Below are positions 10,826 through 19,934 of a stretch of 64,000 bases of DNA, piece by piece. The notes below the pieces were generated by a model. The model was given only the letters and a program-made list of their open reading frames with translations, did no database searches and was not told where the DNA came from. Every line of letters begins with the position of its first letter. Positions within the stretch are counted from its first letter, which is position 1. Location: the IMG/VR virus record IMGVR_UViG_3300037563_000115; one strand, 5' to 3'. The stretch is from an uncultured virus (IMG/VR IMGVR_UViG_3300037563_000115) (Duplodnaviria > Heunggongvirae > Uroviricota > Caudoviricetes). Made by a program: the position numbers and the translations under genes.

Positions 10826-10877
10826 CTCCTCGGAAGTGGTAATCCCCAGATAGAGAGCTTCCGAGTTCTCTCTATCT
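10826..10877 (-). promoter_or_regulatory. Predicted H-type RNA pseudoknot over the HNH gene RBS
   Basis: 10-bp perfect stem 10848-10857/10868-10877; loop CUCGGAAG is complementary to CUUCCGAG (10829-10836), which overlaps the GAGGAG SD. Confidence 0.6.
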
Positions 10878-10917
10878 AGTTCATACCAAAATTAAGATAT
10901 ATAAAATTCAATTTTAA

Positions 10918-10968
10918 AATTAAAAGTATAGGATCTCTATATATACCCTAAAATATTATACTTTATTG
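10918..10968 (-). repeat. Conserved about 50-bp intergenic element, copy 1 (candidate late promoter/regulatory site)
   Basis: aattaaaa--gtataggatctctatatatac-N7-tattatactttattg; matches 32249-32301. Confidence 0.7.
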
Positions 10969-10994
10969 TCTACTAAGCAAACTTATCTACTACT

Positions 10995-13900
10995 CTAATC
11001 GGGATTAGTGGCTTCTAAAGAATCCGACATCGGAAGGCTTTCATAGAACACGATTGAATAATCAGGCATCCCTGGTGGATAGTTCCTATCCGCAGGATTC
11101 TGGAGCTGGTCTAGCAAACAAACAGAAGGGGTGATATCCTTGGCCCAGGGGGTATTTTGACCTGTATTAGTAGCTGCATCCCAATAACCTCCATCGTAGT
11201 CGCGTTCTGAATGGTCTACATAAGGCTCCTCATCCACATTATCATGATGCTGCTCATTAAAGAATTGTTCACCTTGTTCATCTGTATAAGTACTTGAATA
11301 TGAACCTGCTTGCTTTTTTAATGAAGAAGACCTTGGTATTTTCCCTTGTTTTACCTCTTGCTGTCTTTCCAAAGCATCATTAATAGAAAGAGGACTTGGT
11401 GTAAAGTATAAACAATAAGGAGATTCTTCACTATATTCTATATCAAGTCCTAATGCTGCAATCATATCCTGGTGGATATATGTATAAGCATCCCACACAA
11501 AGAGATCACCTGTATGAGGATCAATAAGTCCTCTAAACATATGCCCACCCCTTAATTTACGAGAGGAATTTGCCAGTTCATTCCAGGATGGATTAACAAA
11601 AACTTTAATACCTTCAACATCTTCAATTGATGCTTGCTTAGCCATTACTGGCTGCTTCAATGATCTTATTATAGCTTTATTAATTCCATATTTAATTGCA
11701 TCTTCATAAGAAACATTGGCCGATCCTGTTCCATATTTGTCATCTACAATAATGACTCCTGCTGTGTGTCCTGCTATAAAATCATCAACACTTGAAGGCA
11801 CACTATGCATATCATCTAATTGAATATACATTGACCCAAGCATTCTAATACGTATCCAACCTTTCCCAAAAGCTTCATGAGAAGTTAAATGATATTTATT
11901 AAATATCCACTCATCATGCTCCATCATAGAGGGTACTTCGAATAACTTACCTTCAGGAGAAATCCAATATCCTTCCCAAGAGGCAGTAATGTCTCGTGTT
12001 AAAGAATTAATAGCTGCTTCTCTATTCTTAAACATATTCTCTAACGCTTCAATAGCTTCTCCAGATGTGCTGCTCCATTCACCCTTGGGCTTACCCATAA
12101 ATCTACGTGGTGCTCCTCCAGGAGAATTCTGATCTAGATTGTCCTCATTAGACTCAGGAGAATAAGTTACAGATGTTGGTTTACTTGGCTCTCCATCTTG
12201 CGTCAAAGAATCCCATGTTGTGTTATGAGGAAAATCATGCTTCTTAGGATCATAAAATCCCTTCTGATATTCTATCAATGGTTCTTCACCCATTTCTTTA
12301 GATTCAGCTTCTTCCATTTCAGGATCATAAGCACTATCAACAGTCATCTCATCCTTCTTGCTTAGGGGCTTCGAGAACATGGAAATGAACTGTCTCCAAA
12401 CTTCAGGTGAACGATATTTTCCATCTGTACATGGTTCATATTCTGTAGTATCGTCACTAACACTATCTGGATTCAAAGCTATTTCCTTATCCGATTCTGG
12501 TGTCCAATGATTATCTGGTGCATTAAATAATGATGGAAGAAATTCAGCTTTCTTCATCATACCTTTAGAATATTCTTCCCTATCAAATGAAATATCATTG
12601 TCATTTAAATCCTCTACAATAACCATTTCAGGTTTGTATTTCCAAACAAATTGTTCTGCTGATTGTGGAATATTATTGAGATCCTGAATTAATAGATCAA
12701 GCTCAGTAGGTAGTACTCCTGACACTCTTACCCATCCTTTAGATAGTAACCAGGCAATCAAATTATCATCTTCTGGAGATCCTTCTGCAGGTAGAGTAAG
12801 TCCATATTCTTGTTTAAGCAAATTAGCTTCATCGACTATCCATGCTGTATGAGATCTTGTGGCACTGTATTCCTTTCCATCAGGGGCAAGCCAACAATCC
12901 ATATTACCACGATAGGCTGCTTCTTTCTTATTACCCAATTCAATTGTAGATTTATCCCCTTCAACAGGACTAAATACTGCACTATTAATTGTAATCTCTT
13001 TCCCTACAAACTCTTTATTTCCATAAAGATCCTTGCATGTTCCTTTCTTAATATAGGAAATCGTGATATGGGGATGATATTCATCTGAAGGAAGCCCTGT
13101 AGCACACTTAAGCTCTTTAGTAATCTTCTCATTCATATCAGATAAATCCTTGCTCTCTACTGAAACAGTGAGAACGTCAAACTCTCGCCCCTCTGGAGAA
13201 AAATGTTTCACTTCTCCAAGAGTTGCTTTAAATTGTTTCATTCCTTCAAACAGTTTCTCTACTTCTTTTGGGTTGTCTGAAATAATTCCATACTTAATAG
13301 TGATATGGCTATCAAGCTCTCTGCCTAGTAAGCCGTCCTTCATATAGATATCTTCATCTTTGACGTTACGAACGCCCCATTCGACAATCTCTTGCGAAAT
13401 CTCTTTAGGAATATTAGCCATAATACAAGCATACTCAATCATTGGACTCTTTTGTTCTGCTGTAATCTCTTTCTTTGAGAAAGCTTTCGAAGCCATAACA
13501 GGCTGCTGCCTTCTAGCCTGATTAACAGCTAATTGAACAGAGTTAACTGGCCATTCAATTTGAACATGATTTTGCCAACTGGTATCTTCTTCAATTGTAA
13601 TCTTAGCTCCTTCAGGAACAAACTGAGCAAGAAGATTATCTACCGATTGAGGAATATAATTTAAATCCTTAAGTGTTACCCCCCACTCAGATCCACCACT
13701 AGAATCCCCAATACGAATCCATCCTTCCGCTATGAGATTATTAGAATTTAAAGGCATATCAAATAGACCTGTACTCTTGGCAGGTTTAGGTTTAAATCCA
13801 TACTCGTTAACCAACATATCTATATTTGCTCTAACCCAATCACTGTGAGTATTAAGATCTCCTCGATTCATATCTTCAGAAGTAACACCTTCACCTCTTA

Positions 13901-16900
13901 CTTGAAAGATCTTACCTTTTGGGTCTATCCAATAAGCATGAGCATAAGCTGCTTCTTTCTTGAGAGAAGCTTCCATTTCTAAGGCAACTACATTATTCTG
14001 GGAAATAGTTCCTCTAGGTGAGTTTGTATCAACATCAAATCCACGGTAATGTAACTCCTGTGCAACTTCTGCATGGGTACTTCGATAAGCATCCCAAACA
14101 TAGGTAACACCATTATACCCATCTAAATAGCGTAATTCATTATATTGAGATTTTTGAATTAGCTTTGATTCTTCATCTTCTGTTGGATCAATTAAAACTG
14201 GGAATTCACCACGGCTATATGTTGTAGAAATTTCTACAACATCTGCTTTCTTATCTAAAATAGCCCGTTTATATAAACCAGAAATATCCTGTGAAGGCTG
14301 CTTATCTCCTGCACGAGGTTCTTTACCAATAACAGGAATATTCTTATCTACAAGAGTTTGTAATCCCACTGTAGGTACACCATTATCTGCGTTAGTCATT
14401 GGGTAAATATTATATAAATCCAATCCAACAGTATGCTTAGCATTCCATTGTGTTCCAATGAATAAAGCATAAGGTTCTTTACGTCCTAAAGTTTTAGGAT
14501 CAATAACAGGAAGATCAAAAGAACTACGTCTAGATAGCATCTTCTCTTGCTGTAAGGCCCTATTGATAGCTTCCTGACCATCAGCTACCAATTCCTCAAC
14601 TGAAAGTTCAACAACTCGTCTCTGTAAATCTTCTATTTGGAAATATTTATCCTTACCCCAATTGGCAACGAAGTCAATCAGAGTAGATGGGATATTACTT
14701 AAATTACCTATCTCGATGCCAGTGCCTATAGATTTTCGTCCTGCGGCAAACAAATCTCCGACCCTGAGCCAACCATCCTCAAGAAGTTGATTAAGAAGAT
14801 TACCAGTCTTAATATCCCACCAATCCTGACCTAGCTCATCCTGTCCATATTGATATTGAGTACGAAGTAAGTCTTCCTGTTCAAAGAACCAATCTTCGTG
14901 AGTAGTTTTAACAGGGTATACCTTGCCATTAGGGTCAACCCAATATGCTGCTTGGGCACGATCATATGCTACAATACGCAAAGAAGCTGTCTTATCAGAT
15001 TTCTCAACCTGTTTTAATACATTTTTCCAAGAATCAAAGTGAATAGCCTTGTCATCAATGAAATATTTAGAGAATGGCTTTTCCCCCTCAAAAATAGAAT
15101 CATAAGGAATTTCATGCTTATCAAGCCATTCACGAACAAGCTCAAGTCCTTCTTCTGAGTCTGCTCTACAGGAGTATATGACAACGTTATAACCCATCTC
15201 CTGCAATTTAGCTAATGACTCCTTAGCTCCTTCTATAGGATCACCAATGGCGGGGAAAGTGGCATCCTGTGCGATTGTTTTGTCTAAATCGATACAGATA
15301 TCAGTTTCAGCTTCTTTAGGCTCTTCAAAGGCTTCTTTTAGGAAAGCTTGCTTTAATGAAGATACTGGTTGTAATCGCTTCTGTTGAAGTGCCTTATTAA
15401 TAGCCTTTCGCAATCCTAAAGATAAATCTTCCTCCGACAAAACAACATCACGCCCAAGGTCCTCAACTCTTACCATAGTTGGTTGTTCTTTTAGAATAAT
15501 ATCTTCGATAATATTTGGAATATCCATCATATCATAGCAATCAACTATAAATTCATTAAAGTCATCTGATATTCGAACCCAACCATTCCTAAGCATTTGA
15601 TCCCATAAATCTTCATTACGTTCAACACCACTAGCATCGTTAACTCCACTTTCAATACCATATTGTTTTAAAATATCTGAATGGGATTGAATCCATCCCA
15701 TATGGCTACCTTCAACAGGAAATACTTTAGAATTGGGAGCAACCCAAACTATATTCTCGGCACGAGCTACAACATGTAATGAAGCTTTCTTTGGTGTAAC
15801 CCACCAGATCTGACTATTATCAAATACAAATCCATTATAGGTTCCATCACCCTGTGAAAGGAGTGCTCCATCATATCCCTGGGACTTAAGCTGCACTAAC
15901 AGAAGATTCTCATACTCTTTCCAACCAGCAGGATTCTTCATAGAGACATAGAAATCTTTAACCATCCCATGACCTGCAGCACCTGTCTCACCACGATCAA
16001 TAGAACCTCTATCGGTAGTGAACCAGAAGATACCTTGGGTTGTTTTCTTAGGATTTACTTTCTTAAAATTTACATTAGTCTCATGATGACAAAGCAAGGG
16101 TTTACCATTGCTATCTACTACTTTAGATCCATTGAACCAAGAATCAAAATCTAATGAAGCTGTTTGAAGTCTTTTATGGGATAAAGCTTTATTTACTGCT
16201 TTTTGAACACCCTGTTCAATAACATCTTTCCTCAATACGTTAATATAATTCCTATTCAAATCTTCAATAAAAATACTTTTGTCATTCAATTTTAAAATAA
16301 AATCAGTAATAAAATCAGGTATATTCTGCAGGGACTCTAGATGAATAGAAGCTTTATCACCATATTTACATGCTCTTATCCAACCCTTTTTGATAGCATC
16401 ATCAATATTACCTATCCCCACATTTTGTTGAATCCATTCAGTATGATTATGGGTAGGTAATTCAACTGAGTAAAATTTCCCATTAGGATCAAACCACCAT
16501 TGCCCCGATGGGCCTAAAGAGCCCTCACTAATAATCTTCTCAATCAATGGAAGTTCAGTAGTAGTAACTTCCCCACCAGTTTGTTCGAGGAGTTTCTTTA
16601 ATTGAGACAATATACCAAAGAACCCATATCGCTGCAAATACTTAAAAGTAAGTTCATTATCTGAAGTAGCGTCTTGTTTGAGGTGCCTTTCATCAACTAA
16701 ATCCTGTTTAATTTTAAGATCTTTAATAATTTCTTCTTCAATATTGTTAAGTTTTGTTTCTATCTTATTATAAAATAGTTGTTGTTTCTCTTTATCCCAA
16801 GCCTTAATGACAGTCTCCAATTCATCTACACGCTGAATATCCCTCTTTATAGTTCCCAAGCTGCTATCTAGCTCTTCTGCAAGGGCCTCAGCAGCCTCTA

Positions 16901-17411
16901 CAACAGACTTTTTACTCTCTTCTAGGTCCAAGGAGGCATCAAACAAAATTGGCTCTTTTAACCACTTATCCTGCATTAAAGAGTAAACGCCTACCATCTC
17001 TTCATTACTCGATTTAATATCGGCACTTTCGAAGTAAAATTCTGCGGGGTGTTGCGTCATAGGAAGAAGAATCTTAGCTCTATCGAATTCTTTCCTGACT
17101 TCATCGAGCTTTGCGAATGCCTCTTCTTTAGAAACTCCTGGCATATTCGTTGTTATAAATGCGTCTAAATTAACACGAATATGAACATCCAAATCTGATG
17201 ACAAAAGCCATTTTGTAGTGGTGAGAGATCCTAGAATAACTACCTCAGTTACCCATTTCTCATGTTCTTTTAGTCCGTAAGTTTCGTACATCTTATCTAT
17301 GAGACGAAGAATAAAATCTCGTTGGTAAGAGTACAATTTTAAATCTAAATCCCATACAGCGGAATCAAGAAATGGGTATGAATAATCTAAAATAGAGGCA
17401 CTTTTTTTCAT
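10995..17411 (-). CDS. Polyvalent protein (2138 aa): NTase, ART-like, HAD phosphatase, 2H phosphoesterase, 6x WxxPxG domain, 2x VWDAY domain
   Basis: GSLTT..SDLDVH (Pol-beta-type NTase); FDSWFNGSKVVD..HHET..GIFWFT..MKNP..GYDG..VFDNSQI (ART-like of polyvalent proteins); IDLDKT..SCR..KP..IDDK (HAD); HITIKYG and HPHITISY (2H). Confidence 0.75.
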   Translation of the reverse strand: MKKSASILDYSYPFLDSAVWDLDLKLYSYQRDFILRLIDKMYETYGLKEHEKWVTEVVILGSLTTTKWLLSSDLDVHIRVNLDAFITTNMPGVSKEEAFAKLDEVRKEFDRAKILLPMTQHPAEFYFESADIKSSNEEMVGVYSLMQDKWLKEPILFDASLDLEESKKSVVEAAEALAEELDSSLGTIKRDIQRVDELETVIKAWDKEKQQLFYNKIETKLNNIEEEIIKDLKIKQDLVDERHLKQDATSDNELTFKYLQRYGFFGILSQLKKLLEQTGGEVTTTELPLIEKIISEGSLGPSGQWWFDPNGKFYSVELPTHNHTEWIQQNVGIGNIDDAIKKGWIRACKYGDKASIHLESLQNIPDFITDFILKLNDKSIFIEDLNRNYINVLRKDVIEQGVQKAVNKALSHKRLQTASLDFDSWFNGSKVVDSNGKPLLCHHETNVNFKKVNPKKTTQGIFWFTTDRGSIDRGETGAAGHGMVKDFYVSMKNPAGWKEYENLLLVQLKSQGYDGALLSQGDGTYNGFVFDNSQIWWVTPKKASLHVVARAENIVWVAPNSKVFPVEGSHMGWIQSHSDILKQYGIESGVNDASGVERNEDLWDQMLRNGWVRISDDFNEFIVDCYDMMDIPNIIEDIILKEQPTMVRVEDLGRDVVLSEEDLSLGLRKAINKALQQKRLQPVSSLKQAFLKEAFEEPKEAETDICIDLDKTIAQDATFPAIGDPIEGAKESLAKLQEMGYNVVIYSCRADSEEGLELVREWLDKHEIPYDSIFEGEKPFSKYFIDDKAIHFDSWKNVLKQVEKSDKTASLRIVAYDRAQAAYWVDPNGKVYPVKTTHEDWFFEQEDLLRTQYQYGQDELGQDWWDIKTGNLLNQLLEDGWLRVGDLFAAGRKSIGTGIEIGNLSNIPSTLIDFVANWGKDKYFQIEDLQRRVVELSVEELVADGQEAINRALQQEKMLSRRSSFDLPVIDPKTLGRKEPYALFIGTQWNAKHTVGLDLYNIYPMTNADNGVPTVGLQTLVDKNIPVIGKEPRAGDKQPSQDISGLYKRAILDKKADVVEISTTYSRGEFPVLIDPTEDEESKLIQKSQYNELRYLDGYNGVTYVWDAYRSTHAEVAQELHYRGFDVDTNSPRGTISQNNVVALEMEASLKKEAAYAHAYWIDPKGKIFQVRGEGVTSEDMNRGDLNTHSDWVRANIDMLVNEYGFKPKPAKSTGLFDMPLNSNNLIAEGWIRIGDSSGGSEWGVTLKDLNYIPQSVDNLLAQFVPEGAKITIEEDTSWQNHVQIEWPVNSVQLAVNQARRQQPVMASKAFSKKEITAEQKSPMIEYACIMANIPKEISQEIVEWGVRNVKDEDIYMKDGLLGRELDSHITIKYGIISDNPKEVEKLFEGMKQFKATLGEVKHFSPEGREFDVLTVSVESKDLSDMNEKITKELKCATGLPSDEYHPHITISYIKKGTCKDLYGNKEFVGKEITINSAVFSPVEGDKSTIELGNKKEAAYRGNMDCWLAPDGKEYSATRSHTAWIVDEANLLKQEYGLTLPAEGSPEDDNLIAWLLSKGWVRVSGVLPTELDLLIQDLNNIPQSAEQFVWKYKPEMVIVEDLNDNDISFDREEYSKGMMKKAEFLPSLFNAPDNHWTPESDKEIALNPDSVSDDTTEYEPCTDGKYRSPEVWRQFISMFSKPLSKKDEMTVDSAYDPEMEEAESKEMGEEPLIEYQKGFYDPKKHDFPHNTTWDSLTQDGEPSKPTSVTYSPESNEDNLDQNSPGGAPRRFMGKPKGEWSSTSGEAIEALENMFKNREAAINSLTRDITASWEGYWISPEGKLFEVPSMMEHDEWIFNKYHLTSHEAFGKGWIRIRMLGSMYIQLDDMHSVPSSVDDFIAGHTAGVIIVDDKYGTGSANVSYEDAIKYGINKAIIRSLKQPVMAKQASIEDVEGIKVFVNPSWNELANSSRKLRGGHMFRGLIDPHTGDLFVWDAYTYIHQDMIAALGLDIEYSEESPYCLYFTPSPLSINDALERQQEVKQGKIPRSSSLKKQAGSYSSTYTDEQGEQFFNEQHHDNVDEEPYVDHSERDYDGGYWDAATNTGQNTPWAKDITPSVCLLDQLQNPADRNYPPGMPDYSIVFYESLPMSDSLEATNPD

Positions 17412-17412
17412 T

Positions 17413-18069
17413 TTATTTTAATCCTGCTTCTTCTAAAATTTTACCATACCAGGCTGATGCTTCTAAAAGATTGCATTTATTGTGCTTTTTGCTATTTTCT
17501 ACACCAGTTAAATATTGAAGATTCCAACTAACATGCAATCCAGAAACTTTCTTACCACACAAAGGAATAATGTGATCAACAGCCATTCCATTAGGGCAAT
17601 TGGCATAAAATTCCAATGTCCCATCTTGCCCCCACGATACAATACGAAGTTTACGTTTAGCATTAATTCTAAGACTAGCTAATCTTCCTACTTCAGGATG
17701 TTCTTTAACATATTGAATAAAATAATCTTTATGTTCTTCTCTCCATTTTATAATTACTTCTGGATGTTCTTCCCTATAAATTTGTTTCTTCTCTAAAATT
17801 AATTTTACATTTATCTCGTAATATTTTTCACCCTTAATTCGAACACATTCTACACATTCTCCATTTGTATATCTTCCTACTACAAATGTATCATGATTTC
17901 TTATACAAAATTGTTTCTTACCACTAATAGTAATATCATAATTTCTATAATACTTCTCTTTACATAGTAAACATGCTCTATCTGTACCTCTTCCACAAAT
18001 AAAAGTATCATGGCCCCGTTTACAAAATTGCTTTTTTATTTTAAAATGATCATAAACACCAGTTGGCAT
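17413..18069 (-). CDS. HNH endonuclease with two N-terminal KQFCxRxHDTF Zn-ribbon repeats
   Basis: [34 protein letters not shown]. Confidence 0.85.
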   Translation of the reverse strand: MPTGVYDHFKIKKQFCKRGHDTFICGRGTDRACLLCKEKYYRNYDITISGKKQFCIRNHDTFVVGRYTNGECVECVRIKGEKYYEINVKLILEKKQIYREEHPEVIIKWREEHKDYFIQYVKEHPEVGRLASLRINAKRKLRIVSWGQDGTLEFYANCPNGMAVDHIIPLCGKKVSGLHVSWNLQYLTGVENSKKHNKCNLLEASAWYGKILEEAGLK

Positions 18070-18110
18070 AATACTTTTCCTTAGATTTATTTACAGGTAA
18101 CAACTAAGAT

Positions 18111-18326
18111 TTACTTCTGAGGGGCTGGATAGTCGGCAGCTTGCCTTGATGGTATATTTTTAAAATCGTCGTAGTGGTCACAATGAGAGCATTTTGTACC
18201 CAAATAATATTTATCCCCATCCTTCTTAACCACATTAAGAAAGTTAGAATTTCTATTACAAATTGGACAGTGCAAAATTTCAGAGGTATATAAACGCACT
18301 TTAGTGGCCTCACTAGTAGTAATCAT
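18111..18326 (-). CDS. Zn-ribbon protein
   Basis: CPIC...CSHC; ATGA overlap with the upstream ORF. Confidence 0.55.
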   Translation of the reverse strand: MITTSEATKVRLYTSEILHCPICNRNSNFLNVVKKDGDKYYLGTKCSHCDHYDDFKNIPSRQAADYPAPQK

Positions 18327-18544
18327 TTTAGGTTTCCTCTTTTCTTTTTAGCCATCTGTTCTAAATACTTTAAATTATCTGGTGTATACTCATAACACTG
18401 ACATGTATTCTTAAATCCTACATCCTTTGGCATTCCTTTACCATTACACCATTCCTCACCAATAGGAGGTCCGACATAGCCATGCAATCTTTTACTATGA
18501 CCACACTTACAAGGAAACTTATCAGATAGCTTGGGTCTTTTCAT
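18323..18544 (-). CDS. Cys/His finger microprotein with NLxYLE tag
   Basis: FPCKCGHSKRLH...CQCYEYTPDNLKYLE. Confidence 0.8.
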   Translation of the reverse strand: MKRPKLSDKFPCKCGHSKRLHGYVGPPIGEEWCNGKGMPKDVGFKNTCQCYEYTPDNLKYLEQMAKKKRGNLK

Positions 18545-18689
18545 ATTGATATTCTAAATATTCGAGATTGGTCATTGGCTGATAAATCTCCATAATCTCT
18601 ACTGGAGTATCTACTTGATGTGGACAGAATCTATAATCAAAATACCCTTCGTGAACATCATAGACATTTAAACATTTCTTACAAGGCAT
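18522..18689 (-). CDS. Microprotein with NLxYLE tag (55 aa, below the ORF-track cutoff)
   Basis: Hand translation: MPCKKCLNVYDVHEGYFDYRFCPHQVDTPVEIMEIYQPMTNLEYLEYQYEKTQAI. Confidence 0.75.
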   Translation of the reverse strand: MPCKKCLNVYDVHEGYFDYRFCPHQVDTPVEIMEIYQPMTNLEYLEYQYEKTQAI

Positions 18690-18690
18690 T

Positions 18691-19038
18691 TTATCTCTTA
18701 TTAGGATTCTTCAATAACTTAGCCATCTTTTCATTAGCTGCAACGTCATTAAATCCCAAAGCTTTTTGACAATTTGGGCAGAAGATAGCAAATCTTTCAT
18801 CTCCTGCACCCATCTTCATAACAGTTAAATCATCATATTTCTCTCGGCAAGTAGAGCAATAATACTCTCTAATTGCTGCAGCCTTCTTAGGACGGCCACG
18901 TTTCTTTTTCTCAACTACGGGAACCTCTTTCTCAGGTTCAGCAATCACTGGATCTTTACTATGATCCTTTAATGTAACTGGAACCAATTGTGCTGCATCT
19001 CCATTATTCACAATACCAAATTGTTCTTCACTCATCAT
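18691..19038 (-). CDS. AT-hook plus Zn-ribbon protein
   Basis: KKRGRPKK, CSTC...CPNC. Confidence 0.6.
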   Translation of the reverse strand: MMSEEQFGIVNNGDAAQLVPVTLKDHSKDPVIAEPEKEVPVVEKKKRGRPKKAAAIREYYCSTCREKYDDLTVMKMGAGDERFAIFCPNCQKALGFNDVAANEKMAKLLKNPNKR

Positions 19039-19225
19039 ATCTCTCCTTATATTTCTTCTCTAAATAAACTAAATTACTTTTCTTAAATCCGTCACATCTG
19101 CAACCATTTTCTTTAGGTTGATCTTCTAACCAACCTTCCCAACATAAATTTCTAATTGTATTCAGTTTTTCCCATACATCATGATAGTGTCCACATTGGC
19201 AAGGAAACTCAGTTTTATTATTCAT
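19028..19225 (-). CDS. Cys/His finger microprotein with NLxYLE tag
   Basis: FPCQCGH...CRCDGFKKSNLVYLE. Confidence 0.8.
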   Translation of the reverse strand: MNNKTEFPCQCGHYHDVWEKLNTIRNLCWEGWLEDQPKENGCRCDGFKKSNLVYLEKKYKERYDE

Positions 19226-19895
19226 TTCTCAATTCAGCCATTATACTCAAACTTTTTGATGTGCCAATTCTCTTTACTCCAATATCTATAAGCCTCTTAC
19301 ACTGCTCAAGTGTGGAAATACCACCTGAAGCTTTAACATCTGTATGAGTACCATTACTAATTTCAACTAGCATCTTAGAATATCTGAATGTATCTTCAAA
19401 TGGTAATTTTATATTCACACCCGTCGAGGTTTTTAAAAAGTTATATCCTAGTTTAATCGCTATCTCACTAGCTTTTTTGATTTCCAAATCCGTCAAGAGT
19501 CCTACTTCTAATATCAATTTGAGAATATGGCCCTGAGATTCCTCACGAACAGCTTGAAGCTCATCTTCATATCGCTTAAAATCTCCCGACTTAATCGAAG
19601 AAAGGTTGGCCACTAAATCCAACTCAGTTGCCCCATGAACAATGGCATGGTCTACCTCACCACACTTAGAAAGTATATCTTCAAGTCCTAGAGGAAAAGA
19701 AATAACACTCACAACGGAAGTTTTACAAAAAGGATCAGTACGAAGTAAATTGCTGACTAGTTTTACAAAGAAGGGATTGACACATAACCCTCTAAATTTA
19801 AATTCCTTGCAATCCCTTACTGCAGCACTATAGTCTCCGAATGGTGCAGAAGCATTCAAAAGGGTATGATCAATATAATTTGGTAGAGTATTCAT
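19218..19895 (-). CDS. deoC: Deoxyribose-phosphate aldolase
   Basis: IDHTLL, VISFPLG, GATELDLV, LKLILE, FLKTSTG (Schiff-base Lys), VKASGGI, RIGTS. Confidence 0.93.
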   Translation of the reverse strand: MNTLPNYIDHTLLNASAPFGDYSAAVRDCKEFKFRGLCVNPFFVKLVSNLLRTDPFCKTSVVSVISFPLGLEDILSKCGEVDHAIVHGATELDLVANLSSIKSGDFKRYEDELQAVREESQGHILKLILEVGLLTDLEIKKASEIAIKLGYNFLKTSTGVNIKLPFEDTFRYSKMLVEISNGTHTDVKASGGISTLEQCKRLIDIGVKRIGTSKSLSIMAELRNE

Positions 19896-19902
19896 TTGCT
19901 AT

Positions 19903-19931
19903 AGTATATCACAATTAGTCTCAGTTGTCAA
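19903..19931 (-). promoter_or_regulatory. Sigma70-type promoter, probably leaderless deoC mRNA
   Basis: TTGACA-N17-TATACT, 7 nt before the deoC ATG. Confidence 0.8.
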
Positions 19932-19934
19932 GTC

